A stretch of DNA of 64,000 bases, taken from assembly GCA_951406725.2 (NCBI GenBank), contig OX597824.1, positions 77,066,001 to 77,130,000 of the forward strand. The letters are read 5' to 3'. Of the stretch, positions 26,015 to 40,440 are shown in pieces. The position numbers and the translations under genes are program-made. The stretch comes from Octopus vulgaris. Its lineage: Eukaryota. The notes under the pieces are model-generated. The model did not search any database and had not been told where the DNA came from. It saw nothing but the letters and a program-made list of their open reading frames with translations. How positions within the stretch are numbered: position 1 is the first letter of the stretch; each line of letters opens with the position of its first letter.

Positions 26015-26402
26015 AACTAGCCAGAGCACTCAGAGAGCACAAACTTCTGCCAAGGCAACACTAACATCCTCTCAATGATTAGCCAGAGATGATTTTCAAA
26101 ATGAGAATATCTGAAATAAACTCGATTGCTCTCACAAACAAGAATACCAAAAGTGAACTTGACTGCTCTCAAAAATTAAGTAAAAAAAAAAAAAATAAAC
26201 AGAAAATAATCCAGAATCTTTGTCCGATACCAGATCAACCCCAAAATCTAATCAGTTCATGCCATTCACAAGGCCAAACATCTCTGAAAGTTTCATCTGA
26301 ATTCATCCAGCAGTTCTTGAGATATCTTCTCCACAGACAAACAAACGAAAAAACAAATGCAACTGAAAACAATACCTCCGCCTTCACTAAGGAGGAGATA
26401 AT
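26015..26402 (-). mobile_element. Helentron-associated (HINE/DINE-1-like) non-autonomous element
   Basis: aactag at one end, cttctgccaagg subterminal motif, (acaa)n microsatellite and hairpin acctccgcctt-cact-aaggaggagat at the other end. Confidence 0.65.
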
Positions 26403-26957
26403 TACATCAGTTACTCTGATAGTGTGTTAGCACGCACAACATGTTACCAATGGTTTTAAGGCTCCATGTTAAACTTTTTATATGCTACACATTGTGAATT
26501 CGAAAATGATATTGGAGGATAGACTAAAATGCAGAGTCCAAGCCACAGCTTATTACCTGCATTACCCTGATTCCTCTTGAGCAACATTTTCTTTCCTTCT
26601 CCCTTTTCTTCTCTCTTAGCCAACTGGAGTAGCCATGTATCTACTCAGCTGCAAGACACCGGTTTCTGTGTCTCTCTCATATTCTAACCTTTCATCACCA
26701 GGTACAAAGCTACTTCTCTGAGTACTGTTCCCAGCATCAGTTGAAGTGAGTTACTTGGTGACCTCATTGATGCTGGTGCCATGTAAAAATCACCCAGTAC
26801 ACTTTGTAATTTGGTTTGCATCAGAAAGAGTATCTAGGCTTAGTAACCACGGCAAAGCAGGTCATAGAACTTGGCATAGTCCTCTAGCTGAACGGCTGCT
26901 GCAACTGGCCAAGCAATACCAGCATGGAAAGCACTTTAAATGATGATGATGATGATA

Positions 26958-26992
<35 letters not shown>

Positions 26993-27166
26993 GGGAAGCT
27001 GAGATGCTACACCAGGCTCCAGTCTGATCTGGCAGTATTTCTACAGCTGGATGCCCTTCCTAACACCAACACTCCATGAGTGTAGTGGGTGCTTTTTACA
27101 TGTTACCGGCACAGGGGCCAGATGAGGCTGGCAACGGCCATACACACACACAAACACACACACACA

Positions 27167-27203
<37 letters not shown>

Positions 27204-27204
27204 G

Positions 27205-27388
27205 ATAGATTACTAGCCACTACACATTCTTTATTTTGTCTTCTTGTTTCTTTCTGTGTTCCTTTCTGTGGAAGAGCGTAGTCTCAAAACATTAAAGATT
27301 TTTCCACTTCCTGAGCATTATACTAATACATCTGTTTGTTGTCTACACCACCTGTCTTCGTCTTTTGTTTTGTTTTTTTTGTGAATCT

Positions 27389-27390
<2 letters not shown>
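27205..27390 (+). mobile_element. Penelope-like pLTR fragment with degenerate hammerhead motif
   Basis: cttt-ctgtgga-agagcgtagtctc-aaaa-cat-t-aaag at 27262-27297. Confidence 0.55.
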
Positions 27391-27434
<44 letters not shown>

Positions 27435-27648
27435 TCATCATCATTTAACATCTGTTTTGCATCTTGTCATGGGTTTGGGGGATAGTAGTTTGACAGAATC
27501 AGGCAAGGCCAGGAACCGCACTAGGTTCCACTGTCTATGTTGGTATGGCTTCTACAGCTACAAGTTCTTCCTATCATCAACTACATTACAGAGAGTACTG
27601 AGTGCTTTTTATGTGGCAGCAGCACTTGCACTTTTAATATGGCACCAG

Positions 27649-27691
<43 letters not shown>

Positions 27692-27784
27692 TGTGAGTGT
27701 CTAAGAAAGGGATAGTATTATTGAAATGCTATCACATGTGGCAAGCAAGTTTATCAGCTGTACAGGTAAATTAATAAAATACAT

Positions 27785-27834
<50 letters not shown>

Positions 27835-28803
27835 TACACAAAGGTAAAATATGAACACCTACATTGCTAAAAATAGAAGTCAAAAATACTTCTGTACCAC
27901 AGTAAGTCTGCAAAAAAAGAAGCAAACAAAAATGTTTGGTCATGGCTGGAATGCCTTTGATCATAGAGCAGATCTATCAGAACTACCCTATGAAATACCA
28001 CCACCACCACCAACAACAACAACGACAACAACGACGACAACAACAAGAACTAGTACTATATTTGCTTGCAAGCCAAACCACATAAGTCTGAGAATATATC
28101 AGAATGTAACCGAGACGGAATAGCTATAAGCTGTCTTTGGTATATGGTTAATTTGAAATTATCTACACTTGATAACACATAGGTTAACATTATTTACAGA
28201 ATATATTAAATACAATGCAGCAATTCAGTTAAAGAACCCTTAGAACGATCGACTGAATGAAAACTGTAAGATTAAGATAGATTTAGACATTGAATGAGTG
28301 AATTAGAATGGTAATATCTACACGCAAATCTAAGACTGGAAGAAACAAAAATAAAATACAATATGATACAAAGCCAAATGGAGTAGAAAATTCGAAGAAA
28401 AAGGATTACAGTTGAACCAGATGTAGCTTAATGCCAGAAATTAGATAACGGTTATAAATATAAAAGCTATTCTAGTTGGTAAACTATGGCTTCGGTGTAA
28501 TAAATTAGAAGTTAAGTAAATTGAAGAGATTTCGACTGGGAAATAGGAATGACAGTTAGATATCTTTTACGGATTGAATAAATAGGCATGGCTGTGTGGT
28601 AAGAAGTTTGGCTCTCAACCATTTGGTTATGGGTTCAGTCCAATCCATTGTGTGGTACTTTGGGCAAGTGTCTTCTATGATAGGCTCATGTTGACAGTCT
28701 TGTGAATGGATCTGTTCAGTGGAAACTGAAAGAAGCCTGATATATATATGAGTCAGATGTCCTATTATGGTCATCTCTTATGTGTTTAAATATACACTGT
28801 ATT

Positions 28804-28838
<35 letters not shown>

Positions 28839-28959
28839 GGGTAAATGTTTTTATTTCTCCTCTAGTTTTCAGAATTACTACTATTTTTGCAGTTTTGAGT
28901 TTGGCTGCTCTTTTCAAGTGAGTCGAATGACCTGTCAGGGTCTTTCCTTAATATTTTGT

Positions 28960-28998
<39 letters not shown>

Positions 28999-29366
28999 GT
29001 GTGTGTGTATCTTTATGTTTGTGCTTGTGTTTGTTCCCATTGGTTGCTTGTTAACTGTTGTTGGTGTGTTTACCTGCCCATAACTTAGTGGTTTGACAAA
29101 AGAGAGTGATTTAATAAGTATTAAGTTTATTAAAAAAAAATGTACTAGTGTTGATTCACTCGACTGAAATATGTCCCAGTATGTTTAATGGTTGAAACCG
29201 GTAAAAGATAGAAGAAATAATGATATTCCAAGTTGCTAAGCCTGCACTAGAGGTTGGTGTGTGTCTAGGTGTGTGTGAATGTGTATGTGAGCATGTCAAT
29301 ACACATGTGTTTGTGTGTGCATATATATTAAATCTCTGAGCAAGGTATAAACAGTAGCTGCACGAC

Positions 29367-29521
29367 ATCGTGAAGTATATTTGCCACTTAAATGTGGCTA
29401 ACCCTTAAGTGTGTCAATAGGCAGCTGGAGGAGGTGTCCTCCTGGAGCTACAAGCTACAGTGACATCCACCCTTAAGGGTTAGCCACATTTAAGTAGCAA
29501 ATGGCAAATATACTTCACGAT
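29367..29521. repeat. Inverted repeat / MITE-like hairpin
   Basis: atcgtgaagtatatttgcca..cttaaatgtggctaacccttaag and its reverse complement. Confidence 0.8.
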
Positions 29522-30051
29522 TATATATATATATATATCTATGGCCATTGCCAGCCTCCTTTGACCCCTGTGCCGGTGACATGTAAAAAGCACCCGCTAC
29601 ACTCACGGAGCCGTTGGTGTTAGGAAGGGCACCCAGTTGTAGAAATACTGCCAGATCTGGCTGGAGCCTTGTGCAGCCTCCTGGCTTCCCAGACCCCAGT
29701 CGAACCATCCAACCCAAGCTAGCATGGAAAACAGACATTAAACGATGATGATGGTGATGATGATGACATATATATGTAATTAAGATTCAGTTGAATAAGG
29801 TACTTAAATATCAAAAATCTGTGCAGGAGTGTTGGTACCTGATATTCCTATTGTGTGTGCAGACAACACAATCTAGCTGAGTGAAGATATCTGCTTTCCG
29901 TAGGACACACATGTACTTTATAAACTGGTGCTTTCTATAGTATCTCTGAAGCATGGATTCCAAGGTGTGTGAATTAAATATGAGTAATGAAGGAGTCACT
30001 TGAAACATGAAACAGCCGTAATGAATTGACACCTGTACATCTTCGTTACTC

Positions 30052-30103
<52 letters not shown>

Positions 30104-30875
30104 TTATATCCACCCACACATACATATACATAGACACACAAATATTTGTTTGTGTGTGTCTTTACTTACATGTGTAGAATTGATAAGCACTGATCCCGGG
30201 GGTAGTGAATATTACAAAAGAGACGGGGGTGGGGAGGGGAAGCAAGTGTTGAGATACAACAGGGCATTGTGCTAAAGTATAGTTACCTATCCACCACATG
30301 CAGGTATGGAAAAGCATGCATAAATGATCATGTATCTAGATATGTATTAATGTGAGTGTGCATGTATATATACATACATTAGACTCCCCCTATATATATA
30401 TATCATCATCATAGTTTAACGTCCGCTTTCCATGCTAGCATGGGTTGGACCATATATATATATATATATATATAAATTAATCCAAGGACATACTAAGTAT
30501 GTCTACCTGCTGGAAATAATAGTCAAAACTCTTATTTAAATTACCTAAATACACTGATAATAACTACAGAAATCAAATGTCCGAAGGCAAACAGGCTAAT
30601 ATAACGCTAGATAATTATAGAGTCAATGATATCTTCTTGTGAATTATTTGCTCCTTATTGAAATTATTTTCACACTGGTGGCTGCCAGGATTTGGTGCAA
30701 AATGAATCAGTTGCAGCGCAGACTTCAATATGATGTTGGGGCTCTCCATCATGGTAACGCATTATCATTTTTAAATTGTTACACTAGATAATAATAGAGT
30801 CAATGATATCTGAACAAATATTTTCTCGTGAATTATTTTTTCCTCATAAATTACTTGCTCCACATACACGCACAT

Positions 30876-30932
<57 letters not shown>

Positions 30933-31639
30933 GAATTAGAGGATAAGAAAGATTAATTTTATTACCAAGTTCCAACATCCTTATGCCAGGCAGCAAATAT
31001 ATATATATATATATATATGATAGGCTTGAGTGTGCTCAATGCCAGTTCTGTCTCATTGAAGCATGACTGATGCAGTGCCGCCTGACTGGCACCTGTGCTG
31101 ATGACACATAAAAAGCACCATTTGAACATGTTTGATGTCGGTGTTGCCAGTCTGGCTCCTGTGCTGGTGGCATGTAAAAAGCACCTACTACACTCTCAGA
31201 GTGGTTGGCATTAGGAAGGGCAGATGAGGTTAGAGCCCATTGCAGCCTCCCAGCTTGCTAGTCTTCAGTCAAACCATCCAACCCATGCCAACATGGAAAG
31301 CAAATGTTAAACAAAGATGATGATGACGATGATGATGTTCGGGTCAAGCTATGTGATCATAAAATTATCGGTGCAGACATAGCTGCGGGTTTAAGATGCT
31401 TGAAGTTTGCATCCAAGCCATATAATCTTGGGTTTGGTCCCATTTCATAGCGCTTTAAGTAAGGTGTCTTCTACTATAGCCCTAAGCCAAGCAAAGACTT
31501 GTAACGAGATTTGGTTGATGGAAATAGAAAGAAATCCATTATATATATAATATTTATTTAAGCATTCAGTATGTACTGGATCCAACTCGTGGATTCCTCA
31601 GTGTTATACATACATACATAAGTATATATAAATATGTTA

Positions 31640-31930
31640 GATAAAATGAGACAACAAAGCCAAGGAAGCATGAAATTTCTAGGATATTTATAAAGAGGAA
31701 GGTAATTTTTCTGGGATATGAGGGTTATCCCATCATCAGGGACAATATGAGAGAGTTAAATAGAAGGGATTAGTAGAGTTCAATATAAGAAGTTAATTTC
31801 GAAAGGGGGAGATATAAGAATTATGAAGGGAAATATGAGAATAAAAATAAAGATATATATTGGATGTTACAGATGCAGTTCCATTATCCAAGGAAAGTGC
31901 TGGGTCTTCTGAATACCAAAACCTCTCATA
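31640..31930 (-). mobile_element. Penelope-like fragment with partial hammerhead
   Basis: CTGATGA-tgggata-accctca-tatccca-GAAA at 31739-31708; element boundaries approximate. Confidence 0.55.
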
Positions 31931-32633
31931 TTATAACACACACACACACACACATGTAATAGGATTACAAATTGACTGGGGAAATACTTTAATGATCATT
32001 AATTTTGTCTAATTAACAAGGAGTCATATGAGAAAGAGAACATAAGATGTTCTCCCTCTTTCCCACTTTCTCTCTCTCTCTCTCTCTCTCCCCCCATTCG
32101 TATGTGTGTGTGTGTGTGTGTGTGTTTGTACATGTTTGTATGTGTGTTTATGTGTGTTTATGTGAGATGAAACATAAATTAAATTTATATTTAATTGTGG
32201 AATTTGTATTTGCATTGCATGCGGCATGATCTCAGGTTCTGTAGTCAAGCTAAATGAATCGTTGAAGGGTCCTTATAGCTATACTTAAAACCCCCATGTT
32301 AATGGAATGCCAGCAAAGCTGTATTACAGAGAAGATTGTTTCCCAAACAAACAGTTCAACTTTGATTGCAATGCTATTTTTCTTCACAGCTGGTTAGACT
32401 TATATCTCCTCAATTCAGATACCCCTGGCCCCTTTTTTTTAATAACTCTTATCACTCATGCAACATGCAGTTCCACCAGCTCTGCATTGGCCATTGTTAT
32501 TTCCAAATCCTTTCTCTTAAGTACATTGGCATCCCACTGGAGATCTTTTTTTTTTGCCTTTTTGTTGAATGTTTTTTGTGTAGGAGTTGATGCACAATTA
32601 TTCAAATGAAATATTAATTGGTATCAAACTCAC

Positions 32634-32731
32634 CAGACTGAAAGAACTTGCTTCTAGCCACTTCATACAGAGTCAGTAAAAGAAGAGAGAAAGAGGTGAG
32701 GTGGGGGAAAAGAAATTGGAGAAAGTGTCTT
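32634..32731 (-). CDS. Candidate 98-nt exon (RHFLQFLFPHLTSFSLLLLTLYEVARSKFFQS)
   Basis: aaatttcttgtag|...|gtgagt; one open frame, phase 2 to 1; hydrophobic; true acceptor could lie further downstream. Confidence 0.45.
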
Positions 32732-33074
32732 CTACAAGAAATTTGCCATGAGTAAAGCCATGTCACTAAAATTTCATAGAGGGAAATTGTATGGAATGTC
32801 CTCAAAGTAGGTACAATGATGGCTGTCTTACAAGTTATCTCGGTCTGCTGGTTAAATCTCACTGAAATATTATATCCTACCATTCTAGTAAAAATTCATT
32901 AATTAAATAATAACATGTCATAAGAGAAAAAGACAGAGAGAGAGAGAGTGATACTCCAACTAGAGTCAGTGAATTATCATAACTGGAATAACGTCAAGCA
33001 TGAGCCTGCTCTGTCAGAGCTGACCAGTGGTTAAAAAGTATAAGATTTGAATGCATGTATGTATTTATGTGTGT

Positions 33075-33144
<70 letters not shown>

Positions 33145-35583
33145 TCAATAGCTGCAAAATCAACATTGATAAAATTGACTTGAACTTACTTAAACTACTT
33201 TAATAGAGCAAGTTGCAATTAAAATATTTAATGTAATGAGAAAGTAAGATATAAAATTATGTGGTAGCTTTAAGACAGCATTAACTAAATAACTAGTGTT
33301 ATTTTTTACTTTATTTCAATAAGCAGGGGAGACAATTCTGGGTTGATTTCGATATTATTGTTCATCCTCAACAAAGTAGTGATGAGAGAACCACAACTAA
33401 GTAGACAAACAGTACTGTACATGAGATAACATGATAAATTACTGCTTTACTCCTTTACTCATTTCAGCCATGTAGCTGTGATCATGCTGGAGCACTAAAT
33501 ATATTTAAGAAACACATAACTGGAATTAATTATTGAAAGATGTTATCTACTGGAAAATCATCATCATCATCATCGTTTAAAGTCTGCTTTCCATGCTAGC
33601 ATGGGCTGGACGGTTCATCTGGGGTCTGGGAAGCCAGGAGGCTGCACCAGGCCCAGTCTGATCTGGCAGTGTTTCTACAGCTGGATGCCCTTCCTAACGC
33701 CAACCACCCCATGAGTGTAGTGGGTGCTATTTACGTGCCACCGGCACAGGTGCCAGACGAGGCTGGCAACGACCACATTCGGATTGTTCTCTTACGTGCC
33801 ACTGGCACTGGTATCACAAAAAAAGAAAAAAACACTAGTTGAATTAATATCAACTTGGAGCTATGTCTTATTCTGTCTGAAAGTAAAAACAAGGTGGCCA
33901 CTTACGTTTGATCATAGAGTTACTAGATCATGGTTGACATGAGACTAAACAACAATTTCAGTTATGTCTATACCATGTCTAAAAGTTAAGACAGAGTGGT
34001 TACAGCTGGAATATTTTTGATCCTGAATTTGCTAGCACATGATTCAGCAATAATAATAACCACAAAAATGAAACGATAATGAAATTCCAGTTTTAAAAAA
34101 CTTGTTTGAACCTAATAAGCTTTAAACCTGAAATAAACTTCAAGAAACCTTGACCCAGGAATCACAAAATCAACAAGTTTTGTTCTCTTTCTTTTATCTC
34201 CTCCATGTGACAGAAATTGCAGCCAAATCTTTTTGAAACCTCATTGCATGGTCTTCTGGGTAAAAGAGAGGTCATCATCATCATTAGACATCCTCTTTTT
34301 CATACCTGCATGGGTTAGATGGATTTTAATGTAGAATATTTTCTAAAACTGAATGCACTTCCTGTCTTTAACCTTCATCTGTTTCCAAGTAAGGTAATAT
34401 TTCCTCATGCCTAGGCATGTTTTCATAGAATAATGGAAATGAAGAACATGTTTTTTTTGTAGTGGGGTTGATGGCCAAAACAGGCACAGCAGGACCGTAA
34501 TAATGATCCTCTTATGGTGGGTGGAATACCTTAGATTGGCAGAAGTAATGAAATAGTTTTCCATTAGAAGGTCTGTTTTACATAAGTACTACATTGTCCC
34601 CAAAGAAGACAGGGTACTCATGACTATGATCTAATTAAAGAGGGAAATGGCAATTCTTTTGTGGAGAGAGGGTCCCTAGGAAAGAAGGAATGAAAAGACT
34701 CGACTTGAATACTTGCAACATTACCCAGAGAAAAGATAGAAGAGCCAAAACTCAATTTAGAATGTCAATGGTTATGTTTAGAAGCAGTTGAACTTCTGAC
34801 TGAAACAAAAAACTTTTTCCATTCCTTTTTCAAATTGCTTATATTATTTGGCAGTTAGAACTCCGGAAAAAGGTGTCAGCATTTTTTCTTTTGGTGACAG
34901 AGGCAGAATTTGAACTCAGAATGCACTAAGCTGTATCAGAAATGTTAAGGAATCCCATCAAATGCCTTAACAATTCCACCAATCAACCTCCCTGAACTTG
35001 GATGTTTATTTTTATTTTTTTTTTTTTACCAATTCCAAAGGGATGAAGAGAAAAGTTGACCTCTGTAAGAATTGAAATCTGAGCACAGAGAGCAAGAACA
35101 AATGCAGTAAGACATTCTAGCCAACACTCTAATGAATCTGCCAATATGCTACTTTCAATAATAATGATAATAATAATCCTTTCTGCTTTTGGCACAGAGC
35201 TGAAATTTGAGGGGAGGGGAATGTCAGTTACATTGACTCTAGTAATTGATCCCAAAAGGATGAAAGGAAAAGTCAACCTCGGAGGAATTTGAACTCAGAA
35301 TGTGAATAATAATAGCAATTCCTTCTTTTTACTATAGGCACAAGGTCTGAATTTTGGGGAGAGGGGATATTCAATTACATTGACCCCAGTGATTAACTGG
35401 TACTTCTTTTATTGACTTTGAAAGGATAAATGGCAAAGTCTACCTTGATAGAATTTGAACTCAGTACACAGAGTGTCAAAAGAAATAGTGCTATGCATTT
35501 TGTCTGATAAACTAATAATGATTCTAGCAGCTCACTGGTACTTTATTTTATAAACTATAGAAGGATGAACGATAAAGTTGACC

Positions 35584-36134
35584 TTGTAGTAAAGATTGTT
35601 TGCCAACATAACATGGCAGTCCAGGTTTAGGACTAATATTACTGTAATTTAGCCCCAGGAGACATCGTCTCCAGCTGGCTATATGACACGATCTGTGTCC
35701 TTATATTTTCAAACAAGGGAATATAAGGACATGATCATGTTGTATAGCCAGCCTCAATGTTGGCTTTCTTGAGTATGCTTTTATCGGCAATTCTACAAAT
35801 GAAGACAGAACCACTTGATCCTAAGCAATCTCGGTTCATTTTGAAAGATCATAAACAAATTTTTTTAATAACCCATCCTTAAGGCTTATTTGGCCTTCTA
35901 GCTCTGACATCGGTATCCTTAGTAAAAATATAGTAGATAAATATGTTCCTACATTAATTAAAAAATTAAAATTTAGTTTATGGTCCAATTCATCTATTTT
36001 GGAACAAGGGAATATAAGGACACAACTTGTGTCGTACAGCCAGCTGGAGATGATGTCTCCTGGAGCTAAATTACAGCAACATTAGTCCTAAACCAGGACT
36101 GCTATATTATATTGGCAAACAATCTTTACTACAA
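35584..36134. mobile_element. MITE / non-autonomous DNA transposon with ~125-bp TIRs
   Basis: 35584-35708 is the reverse complement of ~36010-36134. Confidence 0.85.
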
Positions 36135-36625
36135 AGTACTGTTGCTGAATATCTCACGTTGTGAGATTTAAAAATAGCAATTTTCTAAAATTGACCTTGC
36201 TGTGATTTGAACCCATAGTACAGAGAGCTGGAAAACATAACTGCAACACATTCTAACTAACACCTCTAATGACTGCCAATTTATTGTCTATTTTGATTAT
36301 AAGCCTGCCCAATCTTAACCTAGGGTTAAATAACACCAACAACTTGATAGTGGCAGTGAGGGCAAGGTTGGTTCATTTATGACTGTAAATAGAGAAGCAG
36401 CGTTCCGCATTATGTCAAGCTGGAATGTTGGAAAAAATATCTTAAAAATCTTTAATAGAGAAATAAGTGAAAGCACACAATGTCAAAATGTCTTTCATAT
36501 TTTTTTTTGCTTTGATATCTCTTTTTTTAATGTTTTTCTTTTCATTATTATTATTATTATTTATTTGTTGTTGGCCATTTAAAAAGATATCTGGGTGGGG
36601 TATTGTCTGTGTGAAATATGTATGC

Positions 36626-36668
<43 letters not shown>

Positions 36669-36864
36669 TGTGTGTGTGTGTGGTTGCTGATGTTTGACCT
36701 TATCGGGCCCCGGGGAACAAGTAAGTTGAATTTCGTGAGACATTATTAGTAAATTAAGCCTCACAACATCTGAAATGTCACCGAATAAATAATATGTGTG
36801 TGTGTGTGAGTGTGTGTGTGTGTGTGTATTTATATGCAAGTATTTATATCTACATCTATATATA

Positions 36865-36964
<100 letters not shown>

Positions 36965-37809
36965 TAGATAGATAGATATATATATTTGCATATAAATACA
37001 CACACATGTATATATGTATATGTATTTATGTGTGCGTGATATACTCACATACACATAAATACATATATATATATGTTATACAAATAAACATTCACACACG
37101 TATATATGCTACATATACGCATAACCATACACACACAAAATAGTGTTATAATGACAACTTCTCTTTACACTTATCCACCTTGAATTTCTGCTACCAGTTA
37201 ACCTGCTAGAAATAGCAGCTAAATCTCTTTCAACCTACATCCAACTGCATTTGAAAAGCAAAAAGCAAAAAAAGGTATGTTGGAAAATGTGGATCTGAGT
37301 TTCTTGCATATTTGATTTTTGATTTTGATTTTTGATTTTTCTAGTTTCAGCTAATGAGCTGTGGCCATGCTGGGGCACCGCCATTTGGTTTGCTACACGA
37401 TTTTACCTCACGGATGCTTTTTAGCAAACGCCATCTGATAGTAAAATGACAGAATAATCCCAGCTGGAATGTCTTTAATCATAGGTCTGTTTCATCACAG
37501 CTGAGCCAGGGTTAAACAATATCATCATCCACCATAACTAAACAGCTAAAGAGAGACCCTTTGTTTTGCCAAACAACCTGCAAGAACTAGTAACCAAATT
37601 TCACTCAAATCGCACAGCGTACTCAAAGTTGAGTTGCATTGAGATATATATCAAAAAAAAATAAAATAAAATGAATGGGAAGGTCACAGATGGAATGCTT
37701 TTGAGGATAAGTCTACTCAGTCAGACAGGACTTAAGACTAAACTTTGGTGGGCTTTGCACCCAGAACATAAACATACAGAAAAAATTCACTGCAAAATAT
37801 TTTATTCAA

Positions 37810-38212
37810 GGCACAGGAGTGGCTGTGTGGTAAGGAGCTTGCTTACCAACTGCATGGTTCTGGGTTTAGACCTGCTGCGTGGCACCTTGGGTAAGTGTCT
37901 TCTACTATAGCCTTGGGCTGACCAAAGCTATGTGAGTGGATTTGGTAGATGGAAACTGAAAGAAGCCCATCGTATATATGTATTTGTATATATATATGTG
38001 TGTGTGTGTTTGTGTGTCTGTGTTTGTTCCTCCCAACATCACTTGACAACCGATGCTGGTGTGTTTACATCCCCATAACTTAGCAGTTCGGCAAAAGAGA
38101 CCAATGGAAGAAGTACTAGGCTTCCAAAGAATAAGTCTTGGGGTTGATTTGATTGACTAAAGGCAGTGCTCCAGCAAGGCCACAGTCAAATGACTGAAAC
38201 AATTAAAAGAGT
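37810..38212 (+). mobile_element. Full-length family A SINE
   Basis: Complete head-to-tail match. Confidence 0.9.
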
Positions 38213-39329
38213 AATGCTTCACAGATTGTCATTTACAGCCTGAATAATTTTCTAATAAATAATTAACCAACCAGTTAACTATGTTTTGTTCCAAATTTGC
38301 CTTTTCAAGGTTATTCGTTAAATAATTACTCCCATAAACCAATCAGCCAATTAGGGAATATTATACACAATCATTTGATCAGCTAGAAATACCTATCTCA
38401 GATCACACCCTATCATATTTTATTAAAAAGGAATATATTAGGGAAGTTAGTTGCCCTACATAATTAGACCCTCTGTTAGCTTGGTCTTTGAGGATTTGTC
38501 TACTTCTTAAATTAACATGTAAGTGGCTGAGTGTACCACACATGTGTACCATTATTTTGATTCATAAGTTGAATTAGTCTGTTAATAAGTTATAAGTCTG
38601 GATCGGTAATACAATTCATCATGTTTTATAAAGTTTAAGTGTCTGAGTATTCCACATACATGTGTATCCAAAATGGCATCACACAGTGGATTTTGAATCC
38701 AGGACTTCATAACTGACTTCTTAGTCACTTGAGCATACTTGCACCCTCGACACATCAAAATAAAAATGGAATGATATGATTTCATTTTCCTCCCCTCTCC
38801 GTTTATGACTGGTCTTGTGGTCTTTATTCATTCCATGAAGGTTGAAACAATTACAAGGCCCAGTCCTTGTTGTTGTATGATGGCTTGTGTACCTGAATGA
38901 CCCTGAGTGCTCTGCCAGCTGAGCCTGTGCTTCTGATAGGGCCTACTATGCTGGTCAGATCAAGGGATAGAGGCCAGATTAATAGGAACTACCTCTTCCC
39001 AGAGATAGAAATAAGTTTGTGTAGGGCGAATACACTTACCTAAAAAAAAAATGCAAAATTCCAGATCCATCAATGACAATTCAAAACCAACATGATCTTG
39101 GAGAAAAAAGTGAGGCCAGATTTTAGATCAGTGAAGAGAAGAGCTTAAGTAAGTAACGAAGTTCAGCCTTAGCAGGATTTGAACCTAGAACATATCAAGT
39201 AGACTTATGATTGGAAATGTCCCAATTGTGACCATCTTATTTTATTTATTTATTTATTTATTTTTTGGACACTGTACATCTAGGACAACTTACATATGTC
39301 TTTCCTTTTTCTAAGACAGTCAAATACCA

Positions 39330-40440
39330 TTTACTATTTCCAATGAGTCAAAGAGACTGCATAGAAGATTTCTAGTTGGTTTGATATTTTTGGTAGTCTA
39401 ATGTTGCTAATCGATAGTGATACTGGTTGTGACAATAATCATGATAGCATTGTTGTGATTTGAAGAAGATTTGACTGTTAATTCTAGCATATCAAGAAGA
39501 CTGCATAGAAATTTCCTCATTAGATTTGTAACATTAGCAGTGTTGTGGTAGTGCTGATAACGTGGATGATAATGATGATGGTGATGATGATGATTATAAG
39601 GACAACAACTACGGCTATGATAATGATGATAATGATTAAGGTAAGAGTGGTGATAGTTGTACTGATGGTGTGATGGTGTTATTGTAATATGAAGTAGATT
39701 TGGCTATTAATTCTAACAAGTCAAGAAGACTGCACAGAGGATCTCTTCATTACGTTAGTAAATGTTAGCAGCATAGTGGTGGGGATGATGATGATGACGA
39801 TGATGATGATGATGATGATAATAATAACGGTGGTTGTGACAGTTATTCTAATAGCTATGATGACGATGTGATTTGAGAGAGATTTAGCTGCTAATTGTAG
39901 CAGGTCAAGAAGACTGCACACAGGATCTCTCCTTAGATTAGTAATATTGGCAGCATTGCGATGATTATGACGATGATGATGATAGTAGTGGGGGTGACAC
40001 TTGTGGTGATGGCTATGATGATAATGATGATGATGATGATTATGATGATGATGATGGTGATGGTAGTAGTGGGGTGACACTTGTGGTGATGGCTATGATG
40101 ATGATGATGATGATGATGGTGATGGTAGTAGTGGGGGTGACACTTGTGGTGATGGCTATGATGATGATGATGATGATTATGATGATGATGATGATGATGG
40201 TGATGGTAGTAATGGTAGTAGTGGGGGTGACAATTGTGGTGATGGCTATGATGATGATGATGATGATGATTATGATGACGATGATGATGGTGATGGTATT
40301 AGTGTGGGTGACAATTGTGGTGATGGCTATGATGATAATGATGATGATGGTGATGGTAGTAATGGGGATGACAATTGTGGTGATTGCTATGATGATGATG
40401 ATGCTGTTGTGATTTGAGAGGGATTTTGGCTGCTACTTCC
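39330..40440. repeat. Nested tandem repeat / minisatellite with (ATG)n
   Basis: tcaagaagactgca-anchored unit x4, then gtagtgggggtgacacttgtggtgatggct(atg)n x~7. Confidence 0.85.

Noticed and set aside
36699-36769. Minus-strand exon DVVRLNLLIMSHEIQLTCSPGPDK
   Set aside because: Good acceptor but poor donor (gtcaaa), and a competing plus-strand gtaagt; unresolved
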